This document shows, piece by piece, positions 25,911-35,135 of a DNA stretch of 64,000 nucleotides. The DNA comes from Patescibacteria group bacterium. GTDB lineage: Bacteria; Patescibacteriota; Minisyncoccia; Phycocordibacterales; JACOZG01. Below the pieces are notes generated by a model. It ran no database searches. It had not been told where the DNA came from and saw nothing but the letters and a program-made list of their open reading frames with translations. Position numbers and translations under genes: made by a program. Every line of letters begins with the position of its first letter. Position 1 is the stretch's first letter. Where the stretch lies: assembly GCA_034658935.1 (NCBI GenBank), contig JAYEGE010000008.1, positions 3,400 through 67,399 of the forward strand, read 5' to 3'.

Positions 25911-28147
25911 GGCGCGATAATAAGTGGTCTATCTTCCCCCATTAGTCCCCAGATTTCCTCAGTGATAAAGGGCATGAAAGGGTGGAGGAGTTTTAATTGT
26001 TGTTTAAGTAAGTGGACTAACAAAGTTTTAGCCGTTGGTGCATCTCGGCCCTCTTTAATGCGTTGTTTGCAGTTCTCAATAATAATATCAGCAAAAGTGT
26101 GCCAAAAATAGTGATAGATTTTCTCACCAGCTAAATAGAAGCGGTGATTTTCCATGTCCACAGTAATTCCAGTGGCTAGTTCTTTGAAATCATCGATTGT
26201 TTTCCGGTCTTCTGTTGGTGCCGAGTCATACTCAAAATCGCCAAGTCGTTCGTCGTCGTCGTTTTCCATTACAAACCTAGAGGCATTCCAAATCTTATTG
26301 GCAAAATGTTTGTAAGCTTTGATTTTGTCGGGCCAGATTTTGGAGTCATTGCCAGGGGCAGTACCAATAATAAGTGACATCCGACTAGCGTCAGCTCCAT
26401 ATTGCTCTATCATCTCTAGGGGGTCGATAGCATTGCCGAGTGATTTGGATAATTTGCGGTTCTTTTGGTCTCGCACTAGGCCGTGGAGATAAACAGTGCG
26501 GAAGGGGACATCGCCGAGCAAGAAGCCCGACATGAGGATCATTCGAGCAACCCAAAAAAAGAGAATGTCGTAGCCAGTCTCAAGAATGGTGGTAGGGTGA
26601 AATAACTCCAAGTCTGTGGGCGTGCCCCGCGAAGCTTTAACGGAGTGGGGCCAACCTAAGGTCGAAAATGTCCACAGTCCAGAAGAAAACCAGGTGTCTA
26701 ATGTGTCAGGGTCTTGTTCTAGTTCTTGCTTGCAATCTGGGCAAGTACTCAACTTTTCAATGCTGACGATCGGCCCCGCGCATTTTTTGCAGTCTTGACC
26801 TTTGACATTTGAGCTTTGGATTTCCGATTTACGGTAGTAAACCGGTACCCCGTGCCCATACCAGATTTGACGAGAGATGCACCAATCGTGGAGATTGTCG
26901 ATCCAATGATGATAAGTTTTAGCAAAGTGGTCGGGGATAATATTGATTTGGCCACCATCCACTACCTTTTTCATCACCTCCTTAAGAGTAATCATTTGTC
27001 CTTTCCCAATCCCCTTAATTTTGTCAGTAGAGAAAGGGAAGGGCTTTTCAACGGCCACGAACCATTGTTGCATGATCTGGGGCTCTATTAAGCCATTGGT
27101 GCGCTCTGCCCGGGCGATATTGTGGGTGTAGGGCTCTTCTTTCCCTAATAGTCCCTTTTTTCTTAGCTTTTCGACTAATTTAGGTCTAGCCTCGGTGATT
27201 TTTAGGCCAGCAAACTCCCCGGCGATGGGCAGGAGTTTGCCGTATTTATCAATAATCTGCTCTTTGTCTAGGTTGTGGCGTTCAGCAATGGCAAAGTCGG
27301 CATTAGAGTGCCAAGGAGTAATTGTCATTACTCCGGTGCCGAATTCCATATCTATAGACTCGTCCTTAATGATGGTGGCGGTGATTGGCCCGTTGATCCA
27401 CTCTAAATCTATCTTCTGCCCATGCTTGTACTCGGCATAGCGCTTATCTCCGGGGTGCATAACCACATACTTGTCACCGAATTTAGTTTCTGGCCTTGCC
27501 GTACCGATGGTAAAGGGTCCGTATTTGAAATAATAGAAGTTCGCTTTCTCCTCTTCGTAGACTACTTCATCATCAGAGATCGTTGTTTGGCCCTTGGGGT
27601 CCCAATTAACGATTCGGTGTCCGCGGTAGATGAGCCCCGCGTCGTACATTTGCTTAAAGGCGGTCCTGACGGCCAAGGAGCGCTGCTCATCGAGGGTGAA
27701 GGCCTCTCTCGTCCAGTCTAGAGAGGAGCCCATCTTTTTAGTTTGATTGATGATGGTGTTGTGGCTCTCTTGAGCGAAAGCGTTGACTCTCTTTAGGAAT
27801 TCTTCTCGGCCTAAGTCATGGCGATTTAGCTTTTCTTTCTTTCGAATTTCCTTTTCTACCTTTGATTGGGTGGCGATGGCGGCGTGATCGGTGCCTGGCA
27901 GCCAAAGAGTATATTTGCCACGCATTCGGGCAAAGCGCGTCATGATGTCCTCGATGGTTAGCATGGCGGCGTGGCCCATATGGAGCTCGCCGGTGACGTT
28001 TGGCGGCGGCAAAGCCATGGAGAATTTCTCATCTGTCGGCGTGGCCCCGTTAGAACCGGGCGTAAAAAACCCGCCTTCTTCCCATTGGCGGTAAATTCGC
28101 CCTTCAGTTTCCCCTGGGTCGTAGGGTTTTAGCAGTTTTTCATCCAT
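25895..28147 (-). CDS. valS: valine--tRNA ligase
   Basis: PPPNVTGELHMGHA (HIGH region) and KLSKSLGN (KMSKS). The likely start is MDEKLLKPYDP at 28147; the ORF track extends to 28225. Confidence 0.85.
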   Translation of the reverse strand: MDEKLLKPYDPGETEGRIYRQWEEGGFFTPGSNGATPTDEKFSMALPPPNVTGELHMGHAAMLTIEDIMTRFARMRGKYTLWLPGTDHAAIATQSKVEKEIRKKEKLNRHDLGREEFLKRVNAFAQESHNTIINQTKKMGSSLDWTREAFTLDEQRSLAVRTAFKQMYDAGLIYRGHRIVNWDPKGQTTISDDEVVYEEEKANFYYFKYGPFTIGTARPETKFGDKYVVMHPGDKRYAEYKHGQKIDLEWINGPITATIIKDESIDMEFGTGVMTITPWHSNADFAIAERHNLDKEQIIDKYGKLLPIAGEFAGLKITEARPKLVEKLRKKGLLGKEEPYTHNIARAERTNGLIEPQIMQQWFVAVEKPFPFSTDKIKGIGKGQMITLKEVMKKVVDGGQINIIPDHFAKTYHHWIDNLHDWCISRQIWYGHGVPVYYRKSEIQSSNVKGQDCKKCAGPIVSIEKLSTCPDCKQELEQDPDTLDTWFSSGLWTFSTLGWPHSVKASRGTPTDLELFHPTTILETGYDILFFWVARMILMSGFLLGDVPFRTVYLHGLVRDQKNRKLSKSLGNAIDPLEMIEQYGADASRMSLIIGTAPGNDSKIWPDKIKAYKHFANKIWNASRFVMENDDDERLGDFEYDSAPTEDRKTIDDFKELATGITVDMENHRFYLAGEKIYHYFWHTFADIIIENCKQRIKEGRDAPTAKTLLVHLLKQQLKLLHPFMPFITEEIWGLMGEDRPLIIAPWPIK

Positions 28148-28381
28148 TGACTGTATTTTACCCCGAAAATGTCGGTTTGAGAAGTTAACTTCATTAAGGT
28201 GCACTCTATACTGGAGGGTAGCCAACGAATGGGCGAAGTTTTGGGTTGAGTACCTACTAAAATTCTGTCAGTACTTAGTGGTCGATGGTATTTAATTCCA
28301 GGCTTCGCCTTTGTTGTGTAAATAGATTAGACCTTTGGTGAGTTAATTGTTTATAAACATTAAATTAAGTAACAAATAGAT

Positions 28382-29197
28382 ATGAAGAAAATTTTACTAA
28401 GCTTGGGCGTAGTTGCTTTTGCCGCTGCCCTCGTCGCTGGTGGCACCGGAGCTTTCTTCTCTGATGAGGAAGTTTCGTCCGGCAACACCTTTACCGCTGG
28501 ATCAATTGATCTCGGTATCGACAATGAGAGTTATTATAATGGTGAGGCTAACCCAGGCACTTCATGGTTAGAGGTCGCCTTTGACCTCGATGATGGCGCA
28601 GGTCCTTCTACCGATGGTAAGTACCTCTTCTTCGAATTTGATGACCTTAAGCCGGGAGATTATGGTGAAGATACTATCTCTATCCACGTCAATAATAACG
28701 AATCTTGGCTCTGTGCTGACGTTACTTTGACCAGTGATGATGATAATGCTCTAACTGAGCCTGAAGAGGATGATGGAGATGATACTGACGGCGTAGGTGA
28801 GGGTGAATTGGCCAGTGCGGTTGAGTTCATCTGGTGGGCAGACGATGGCGACAATGTCCTTGAGGACAATGAGACCCTATTGCCAGCTGGTACCTTGGGC
28901 GAATTGGGTGTTGATGGAACTGCTTCCATCACTCTCGCTGACTCTCACGTGAATATCTGGGGCGATGATGGTCCTGTTGCGGGATCTTCTACCCGCTACG
29001 TTGGTAAGGCTTGGTGTTTCGGTGAATTTACCATTAATCCTGTAGCTGAGGGCGACAATGACCCATTGGTAGACCCAGGATTCACCTGTAATGGCGCTAA
29101 CGAGAACAATATCACTCAGACCGACAGTATGACCGCTGATATTGGTTTCCGGGCAGTCCAGGCTCGTCACAATGCAGACTTCTCCTGCCGGGACTAG
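28382..29197 (+). CDS. TasA/camelysin-like secreted protein with a SipW-cognate-class signal peptide
   Basis: N-terminus AALVAGGTGAFFSDEEVSSGNTFTAGSIDL matches the SipW-cognate signal/N-domain pattern (GGTxAxFxD...TFxAGxLDL). Confidence 0.6.
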   Translation: MKKILLSLGVVAFAAALVAGGTGAFFSDEEVSSGNTFTAGSIDLGIDNESYYNGEANPGTSWLEVAFDLDDGAGPSTDGKYLFFEFDDLKPGDYGEDTISIHVNNNESWLCADVTLTSDDDNALTEPEEDDGDDTDGVGEGELASAVEFIWWADDGDNVLEDNETLLPAGTLGELGVDGTASITLADSHVNIWGDDGPVAGSSTRYVGKAWCFGEFTINPVAEGDNDPLVDPGFTCNGANENNITQTDSMTADIGFRAVQARHNADFSCRD

Positions 29198-29266
29198 ATC
29201 GAGATACCTGACAATAACGTCTAGTCTTTGACTAAACGGTAACTATTACTGATTAACAAAAACCCC

Positions 29267-30667
29267 ATGAAGAAAAGAATCCTATTAAGTCTAGGGGTCG
29301 TGGCCGTAATGGCTGCAGCGGTGGCTGGTGGCACCGGTGCTTTCTACGCTGACCATGAGGTCTCCGCGGGGAACACCTTTACTGCCGGGGCCATTGACCT
29401 CAAGATAGACAACGAGAGCTACTACAACGGGGCTGTCTCTGAAGAAACGACCTGGTTAGAACCGGCCGATCTTGATGAGGGGAAATTATTTTTCAACTTC
29501 AACGATCTTAAGCCGGATGACGAGGGCGAGGATACGATCTCTATTCATGTCAACAATAACGATGCTTGGCTATGTCTAGATATGACCTCGACCTCTAATG
29601 ATGACATCTCATCCAATGAGCCGGAGCTGGATACTTCTGATCCAGAAGACGATCCTAATGATACTTGGGACGGCGAATTGGCGGGTCTTATCGAGATGGT
29701 CTGGTGGGTAGATGATGGTGATAATGTGCTAGAGACTGGGGAAGATCTATTGTCTGACGATGTGCAGACCATCACTGAGCTCTTTGGTGATGACAAGACT
29801 TTCTCAGTGGGTTTGGCTGATGCCTTCAATAATGTTTGGACTGGCGAGGCTGGTCCAGCAAATGGCGGCGAAACTTATTATCTTGGTAAGGCTTGGTGCT
29901 ATGGTGATATGACCTTGGCCCCTGTCTCCCAAGACGGTCTAGACAGTTCTGGTCCACTTGATGGGCGCGGTTCTGGCTTTAATTGTGACGGTAGTCTGCT
30001 AGGCAACGAGTCTCAGACTGACGGCACAACTTTGGATGTAGCCTTTAGGGCTACTCAGGCTAGACATAATCCCACCTTCACTTGTAACGGTAATCAGCCG
30101 CGTACGGCGACGGTTACTGTGATTAAGGAGATTGTCAACGATAACGGAGGCGATAACGTAATTGATGACTTCCAATTGTATGTTGATAACGGTACCGTCG
30201 CCACTCCTGTAACCTCAGGCGTTTCTACTCTAGTGGTGGATGGCGATTATATCGTGAGCGAAACTGGAGTTTCTGGCTACGTGGCTTCCTTCAGTGGTGA
30301 TTGTGATGCTAATGGCCGATTGATGTTAATGCCTGGTGACAATAAGACTTGTACCATCACCAACAACGATCTCCCGGCCAATATTACGTTGATTAAAGAA
30401 GTGATAAATGATGATGGGGGCCAAGATGACCCAACGCAATTTAGGCTTCTAGTTGACGGTAATTTGGTTCCAAACAACACCTCGGTTGCGGTCGACTCTA
30501 ATGTCGCTCATACAATCGACGAGGATAATCGTCCTGGTTATCACTTTGTCAGTATCACTGGTAGCCCTGAGTGCCCAGATGTTCTTGGTGGCACAGCTAC
30601 TCTTGATGAGGGCAAAGTGATTACTTGTACGATCACTAACGACGATGACTACCCTGGTACTAACTAG
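29267..30667 (+). CDS. TasA/camelysin-like secreted protein paralog with two C-terminal Ig-like repeats (...CTITNDD)
   Basis: N-terminus AAVAGGTGAFYADHEVSAGNTFTAGAIDL. The C-terminus carries two repeats of about 95 aa, TVIKEIVNDNGG...SGYVASFSGDCDANG...CTITNND and TLIKEVINDDGG...CTITNDD. Confidence 0.6.
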   Translation: MKKRILLSLGVVAVMAAAVAGGTGAFYADHEVSAGNTFTAGAIDLKIDNESYYNGAVSEETTWLEPADLDEGKLFFNFNDLKPDDEGEDTISIHVNNNDAWLCLDMTSTSNDDISSNEPELDTSDPEDDPNDTWDGELAGLIEMVWWVDDGDNVLETGEDLLSDDVQTITELFGDDKTFSVGLADAFNNVWTGEAGPANGGETYYLGKAWCYGDMTLAPVSQDGLDSSGPLDGRGSGFNCDGSLLGNESQTDGTTLDVAFRATQARHNPTFTCNGNQPRTATVTVIKEIVNDNGGDNVIDDFQLYVDNGTVATPVTSGVSTLVVDGDYIVSETGVSGYVASFSGDCDANGRLMLMPGDNKTCTITNNDLPANITLIKEVINDDGGQDDPTQFRLLVDGNLVPNNTSVAVDSNVAHTIDEDNRPGYHFVSITGSPECPDVLGGTATLDEGKVITCTITNDDDYPGTN

Positions 30668-30753
30668 TACCTAGGTTCTGTTGAAGTCTTACTCTCTTGC
30701 TCCAGCCTGGGAAACGGGTTGGGCCAGAGGGCTAAGGCCTGAACGCCTTAAGT

Positions 30754-31281
30754 ATGAAAACTTTATTAAACGTTGGTTATTACGTGTTTATCGCCTTGGT
30801 GGTTGTCATCGGCCTCCTGCTGGTGTCTTCCTATTTCCAGTTTACTGACTCTTACCAGCTTAAAGTGGTCAAGTCTGGCTCAATGGAGCCGGCCATTAAG
30901 ACGGGTAGTTTGGTTTTGATCAGCCCAGCCAGGACTTATGGTGAGGGTGACGTTATCACTTTTGGTCGCGATGTTGGGTCTGCGGTCCCGACAACCCATA
31001 GGATTATTGGGGTGCGGGCAGAGGGCGGGACGATGCTCTATAAGACTAAGGGTGATGCCAATGAGGAGGCCGATCTCAACGAAGTTGCTCGGCGCGAGAT
31101 AATTGGTCGAGTGAATTTGAGTATTCCCATATTAGGTTATTTGTTAGATTTTGCTCGTCAGCCGATAGGCTTTGTTTTACTCATTGTCTTGCCGGCGATC
31201 ATGGTTGCGGTGGATGAGGTTTACAAAATCGTGAAGGAGATTAAAAAGATGCGTCAAAAGCGTCAAGAACATGCTGTTTAA
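30754..31281 (+). CDS. signal peptidase I, SipW-like (archaeal/eukaryotic S26B type)
   Basis: N-terminal TM helix followed by VVKSGSMEPAIKTGSLVLI, which is the SGSMEP catalytic-Ser motif of SipW-type peptidases. Length 175 aa. Confidence 0.7.
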   Translation: MKTLLNVGYYVFIALVVVIGLLLVSSYFQFTDSYQLKVVKSGSMEPAIKTGSLVLISPARTYGEGDVITFGRDVGSAVPTTHRIIGVRAEGGTMLYKTKGDANEEADLNEVARREIIGRVNLSIPILGYLLDFARQPIGFVLLIVLPAIMVAVDEVYKIVKEIKKMRQKRQEHAV

Positions 31282-33736
31282 AACAAAATCAATCGCTAGT
31301 TGTTTGATCGGAGTTGCTGTTGTTGCAGTCCTAGTCCTTCTGTCGTCCGCAGCCCTGGCCTATTACCAGGACCCAGAGGTGGGGGGCTTGGTGGGGCAGG
31401 CCACGGACCTAGACTTCATTTTAGACGTGGGGGAGTGGGCGCCGGGGGCCGATGTTGATGATTTGGAGCCGGGTGAGTCTGTCGCTCGTCTGATTAGATT
31501 GGTCGATGACGCTCCTCGCCCCTCGACTCCCTTTTGGTACCAGGTAACTGCTCTCGAGACTGGGGGTAATCCTGATTTTTGTGCGGCACTCCAATTAGAC
31601 GCCCAGGTAGACGGTGTCCCGGTCTACGATGGCCCGTTACTTAGTTTGGCTGTGGGTTTTCCACTAGCTTTCGACCCCCTGGCCTCAATTTGGGATATGC
31701 GGGTGTATTTGCCACTCGGTTCACCATCGTTAGATGATCGGCAATGCGATTTCGATTTTGTCTTTCAGGGTTGGCAGGAGCGCTTCGATGTTTTTCCAGA
31801 GGGCTATCATGATGAAGAAGTGTCCTCCAATCAGCTCTCGACTCCAGAGACACGTCAGTGTTTGATGATCAATTTTGAAACGGATGCTAATGATGCTCCG
31901 ATTGAAACTGGGCAGAGAATTAACGATGAATATTCTCCATGGGGCGTACTGATAGATGCACATAATAATAACCATCGTCACCCGGATGAGGCCATTATAT
32001 TTGACTCCGATTTACCCACTGGTCGTGATATAGATTTAGGTACTCCTAATGAAGACTTTGGTGGACCTGGCATCGGTGCTGGTGGACGTCTTGGTACACT
32101 TGGGGCCAATTTCCTTGCTCAGCATAATTTCTTGATCATTGCCGAGAACGATGAAGACGCTAACGGCGATGGCTTAGTTGATGACCCCGACGATGAAAAT
32201 GATGGCGGTTATTTGGGCTTCACCTTCGATCAACCTTCTTGGGTCAAAGAGTTGCGCCTTTTCGATATTGAGGAGCAGGGGGCCGAGGTCCAACTTTACG
32301 ATGAGGCCGGGATCAATTTCTCCACCATCGCCGTACCTCCTCTTGGTGATAACTCGGCGCAATTGGTGTATATCGACCAGGAGAATGTTAAGGAATTGCG
32401 CGTGTCTCTACCGGGCTCGGGTGCGGTGGATGATATCTGTGTCGATGTGCCACCCCCTCCAATACTCGGCTGTAGTCCTGGTTTCTGGAAAAATCATACT
32501 GAGATCTGGTTTGACCTAAATGACCCTTATGATGTTAGCCTCTTAGCCTACTTGGAAGCACAGGGAGATGGGGCCGAAGATCGACGTTATGGAGCTACCG
32601 CCCACCTGAATGCTGAATTCCCAGAGGTTGCTGTTGGGTGTGCTGAGGAAATGCCTCCAGGTACGCCACCACCACCTCCACCATCTTTCCCCGTCGTGTT
32701 AAACGAATTTCTACCGCGGCCACGAGGCGAGGACTATGGTTTTGATTTCGGTAATGATTCCAGTGTCATGCCGCAGGGCGAATGGGTGGAGCTCTACAAT
32801 AATGGTGACCAGGTATATGACCTAAGCGGTTGGTATGTTTGGGATGCCAGCAGCGATGAAAACAATAAGATTATGATTACTGTCGCCAATACCGTACCAG
32901 CCGCTACTGAGATTGCCCCCCACGATTGGTTGGTTGTGTATCTCAATCAGGCGGTCATGAATAATAACGGCGATGAAATTCGACTATATGATGGTGCTGA
33001 TGAATTAGTCGATGCTCATAGTTATAGCGGCGGTAATTATTGTGAACAAGAGCCGACACCAGGAGAGGGTAATGATACTGGCCCGAGCGAGGAGGAGTGC
33101 AATGCCGTTCCGCCGAATAAATCTTACGCCCGCATTCCTGATGGCGTTGGGGCTTGGGTGGACCCCGTTCCAACTCCGGGCGCTCCCAATATTCCAGATG
33201 ACCCAGCACTTGGTATTACCATAGAAATTGCCTTGGATGCTGTTGTGGACTTGGCTGAGAACTTCATTGTTCCATTGCGTGATATTAAGATCGTCAAGAC
33301 TACTAGCAGTGGAGGAGGTGGGTCGTCTTCGGCAGTAGTGACAGCAGCTGAAGTCGCCGATGGCCCAGCGACAGGGGGGCCGGTGGCCGTTAGTGAAGAT
33401 GACACCATGTCGGTTAGTGATACCCCAAACGCCGCAGATATTATTGAGGCAATAGATGCGTTAGGAGGCACTCCGGCAGAAGCCGTTGAGGCCGCCGAAG
33501 GTCCAGTGACGGGGGAGGCAACCGCCGTCGACGAGGGCGATACTGTATCTGCTGGCGTCACCGAGTCGGCAATGCCGGCAACCCCGGCGGACAGTAGTGC
33601 GTCTGCTGAGCCAGCGGTCCCTAGCGCCCCTGAACCAGCTCCGACCCCGGCTTCAGCGCTACCACCACCAGCCCCTGTTCCAGCCGCCGGTGGTGGTGCG
33701 GGTGCGTCTGGCGATAATCAATCAAGTGATGAATAA
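31271..33736 (+). CDS. large secreted protein with a SipW-cognate-like N-terminus, a lamin-tail domain (LTD) and a Pro/Ala/Ser-rich tail
   Basis: SSAALAYYQDPEVGG...ATDLDF is SipW-cognate-like. NEFLPRPRGEDYGFDFGNDSSVMPQGEWVELYNNGDQVYDLSGWYVWD...GDEIRLYDGADELVDAHSY matches the LTD pattern. Length 821 aa. Confidence 0.55.
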   Translation: MLFKTKSIASCLIGVAVVAVLVLLSSAALAYYQDPEVGGLVGQATDLDFILDVGEWAPGADVDDLEPGESVARLIRLVDDAPRPSTPFWYQVTALETGGNPDFCAALQLDAQVDGVPVYDGPLLSLAVGFPLAFDPLASIWDMRVYLPLGSPSLDDRQCDFDFVFQGWQERFDVFPEGYHDEEVSSNQLSTPETRQCLMINFETDANDAPIETGQRINDEYSPWGVLIDAHNNNHRHPDEAIIFDSDLPTGRDIDLGTPNEDFGGPGIGAGGRLGTLGANFLAQHNFLIIAENDEDANGDGLVDDPDDENDGGYLGFTFDQPSWVKELRLFDIEEQGAEVQLYDEAGINFSTIAVPPLGDNSAQLVYIDQENVKELRVSLPGSGAVDDICVDVPPPPILGCSPGFWKNHTEIWFDLNDPYDVSLLAYLEAQGDGAEDRRYGATAHLNAEFPEVAVGCAEEMPPGTPPPPPPSFPVVLNEFLPRPRGEDYGFDFGNDSSVMPQGEWVELYNNGDQVYDLSGWYVWDASSDENNKIMITVANTVPAATEIAPHDWLVVYLNQAVMNNNGDEIRLYDGADELVDAHSYSGGNYCEQEPTPGEGNDTGPSEEECNAVPPNKSYARIPDGVGAWVDPVPTPGAPNIPDDPALGITIEIALDAVVDLAENFIVPLRDIKIVKTTSSGGGGSSSAVVTAAEVADGPATGGPVAVSEDDTMSVSDTPNAADIIEAIDALGGTPAEAVEAAEGPVTGEATAVDEGDTVSAGVTESAMPATPADSSASAEPAVPSAPEPAPTPASALPPPAPVPAAGGGAGASGDNQSSDE

Positions 33737-35135
33737 ATTAACCCACATCTTATCCTTAGCCTGGCTCCTTGTGGCCATGAGTTGCGCCGGTACAGCTTTG
33801 GCTGATACCCGGCTGGAAGTTACCTTTGATCCTAATCCGCTCTTTGACGTCGGCAATTTTATTCCTGGCGATGAGGAGGAGGGCATAGTTACGGTGGGTA
33901 ATTTAACTGAAGTAAATCAGCAGGTGATTGCAGAGGCTATTAACGTCGACGACCCAGACACCTTGGGTCAGATGATTTCTCTGGAGATTCGTGACGGTGC
34001 TGACAATCAAATTTTTAGCGACGAGTTGGCCGAGTTCTTAAGAATAGGTGAAGTGGACTTAGCCGAGCTCCTTGCTAGCGATAGCCAGACTTTTGTTTTC
34101 ACTGCGAGATTTGAAGATACCGAAGATAATACTTGGCAAGAATCGAGCCTAGCTTTTGATCTATGTATCGGGTTCCGTGGGGATGACCAATCTATGAATT
34201 GTGGAGGGACGGTGATCGGCGAGGAACAGGATCTTGATTCCGGCGACCTCGACGGTGATACTCCTGGCGGCGGCACTGTGAGCGGCGGCCGCCGACTCAC
34301 TATCCATGACGAGCGAGTGGAGAGCATTAACGCCCCAGCTGGCACCGCTGTAATCACTTGGCGAACTAATCTCCTGGCCACCAGTCAGGTCATCTATGGT
34401 CTGTCTGAAGTCGGCCCCTATACTCTTGATCTTGAAGCGATTAATTTTGGCTATTCATCGATGACACCCGAGGACCCTATTAAGGTCCTCGATCATACAA
34501 TGACTATTGGAGGTTTGGTGCCGGGAGCCGTCTATGATTACCGAGTGGTTTCGCGCGCCTCTCCGCCAACTATTAGCCCGGCGCACCAATTTACGGTGCC
34601 GGCCTCTGACGGCACGCCTCCTTCGGAATTATTGGCACTAGTCCCCGGAAATGTTTTGCCGGCTGGTGTTAACTCACCGACGGGCGTAGGGGATCAGGAC
34701 GAAGGCGGCTCATCGCCATCCTCCTCTGGGTTGGTAGACGATAGCGTTGGTGCGGCCGGTCTTGATGGCGGGGGAGATAAGACTGGAGTAGATGGTAATG
34801 CCACCGACACTGGCAATCTTGCTGCTGCCCTGTTTGCCTTCCCAGAGGACTTGGCGGCGTTTCTAGACTGTGCCTGGGCTTGGCTGATCGCTCTCTTAAT
34901 AATCTATATTGTTTGGCGCTTGTGGCGGGCCTATCACCCTCATTATCGCTCTAGCGCTGTTTCGAGCAAAGACTTAGCCATAGACAGGTCTCATTTCTTT
35001 ATGGTTGCCATCGTCGCGGCTGGTATAATCTTGGCCCTGATGGATAGGTATTGCGCTCTCTGGCCACTAATAATCGTCTTCATTATTTTCCTAATCATTC
35101 GTATTAAATTGGGCGGCAGGCAGGTGGCGGCTTAG
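33729..35135 (+). CDS. secreted protein with a C-terminal membrane anchor
   Basis: Start placed at MNKLTHILSLAWLLVAMSCAGTALA, which is a signal peptide. The ORF track begins upstream, overlapping the previous gene. C-terminal TM helices are present. Confidence 0.5.
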   Translation: MNKLTHILSLAWLLVAMSCAGTALADTRLEVTFDPNPLFDVGNFIPGDEEEGIVTVGNLTEVNQQVIAEAINVDDPDTLGQMISLEIRDGADNQIFSDELAEFLRIGEVDLAELLASDSQTFVFTARFEDTEDNTWQESSLAFDLCIGFRGDDQSMNCGGTVIGEEQDLDSGDLDGDTPGGGTVSGGRRLTIHDERVESINAPAGTAVITWRTNLLATSQVIYGLSEVGPYTLDLEAINFGYSSMTPEDPIKVLDHTMTIGGLVPGAVYDYRVVSRASPPTISPAHQFTVPASDGTPPSELLALVPGNVLPAGVNSPTGVGDQDEGGSSPSSSGLVDDSVGAAGLDGGGDKTGVDGNATDTGNLAAALFAFPEDLAAFLDCAWAWLIALLIIYIVWRLWRAYHPHYRSSAVSSKDLAIDRSHFFMVAIVAAGIILALMDRYCALWPLIIVFIIFLIIRIKLGGRQVAA

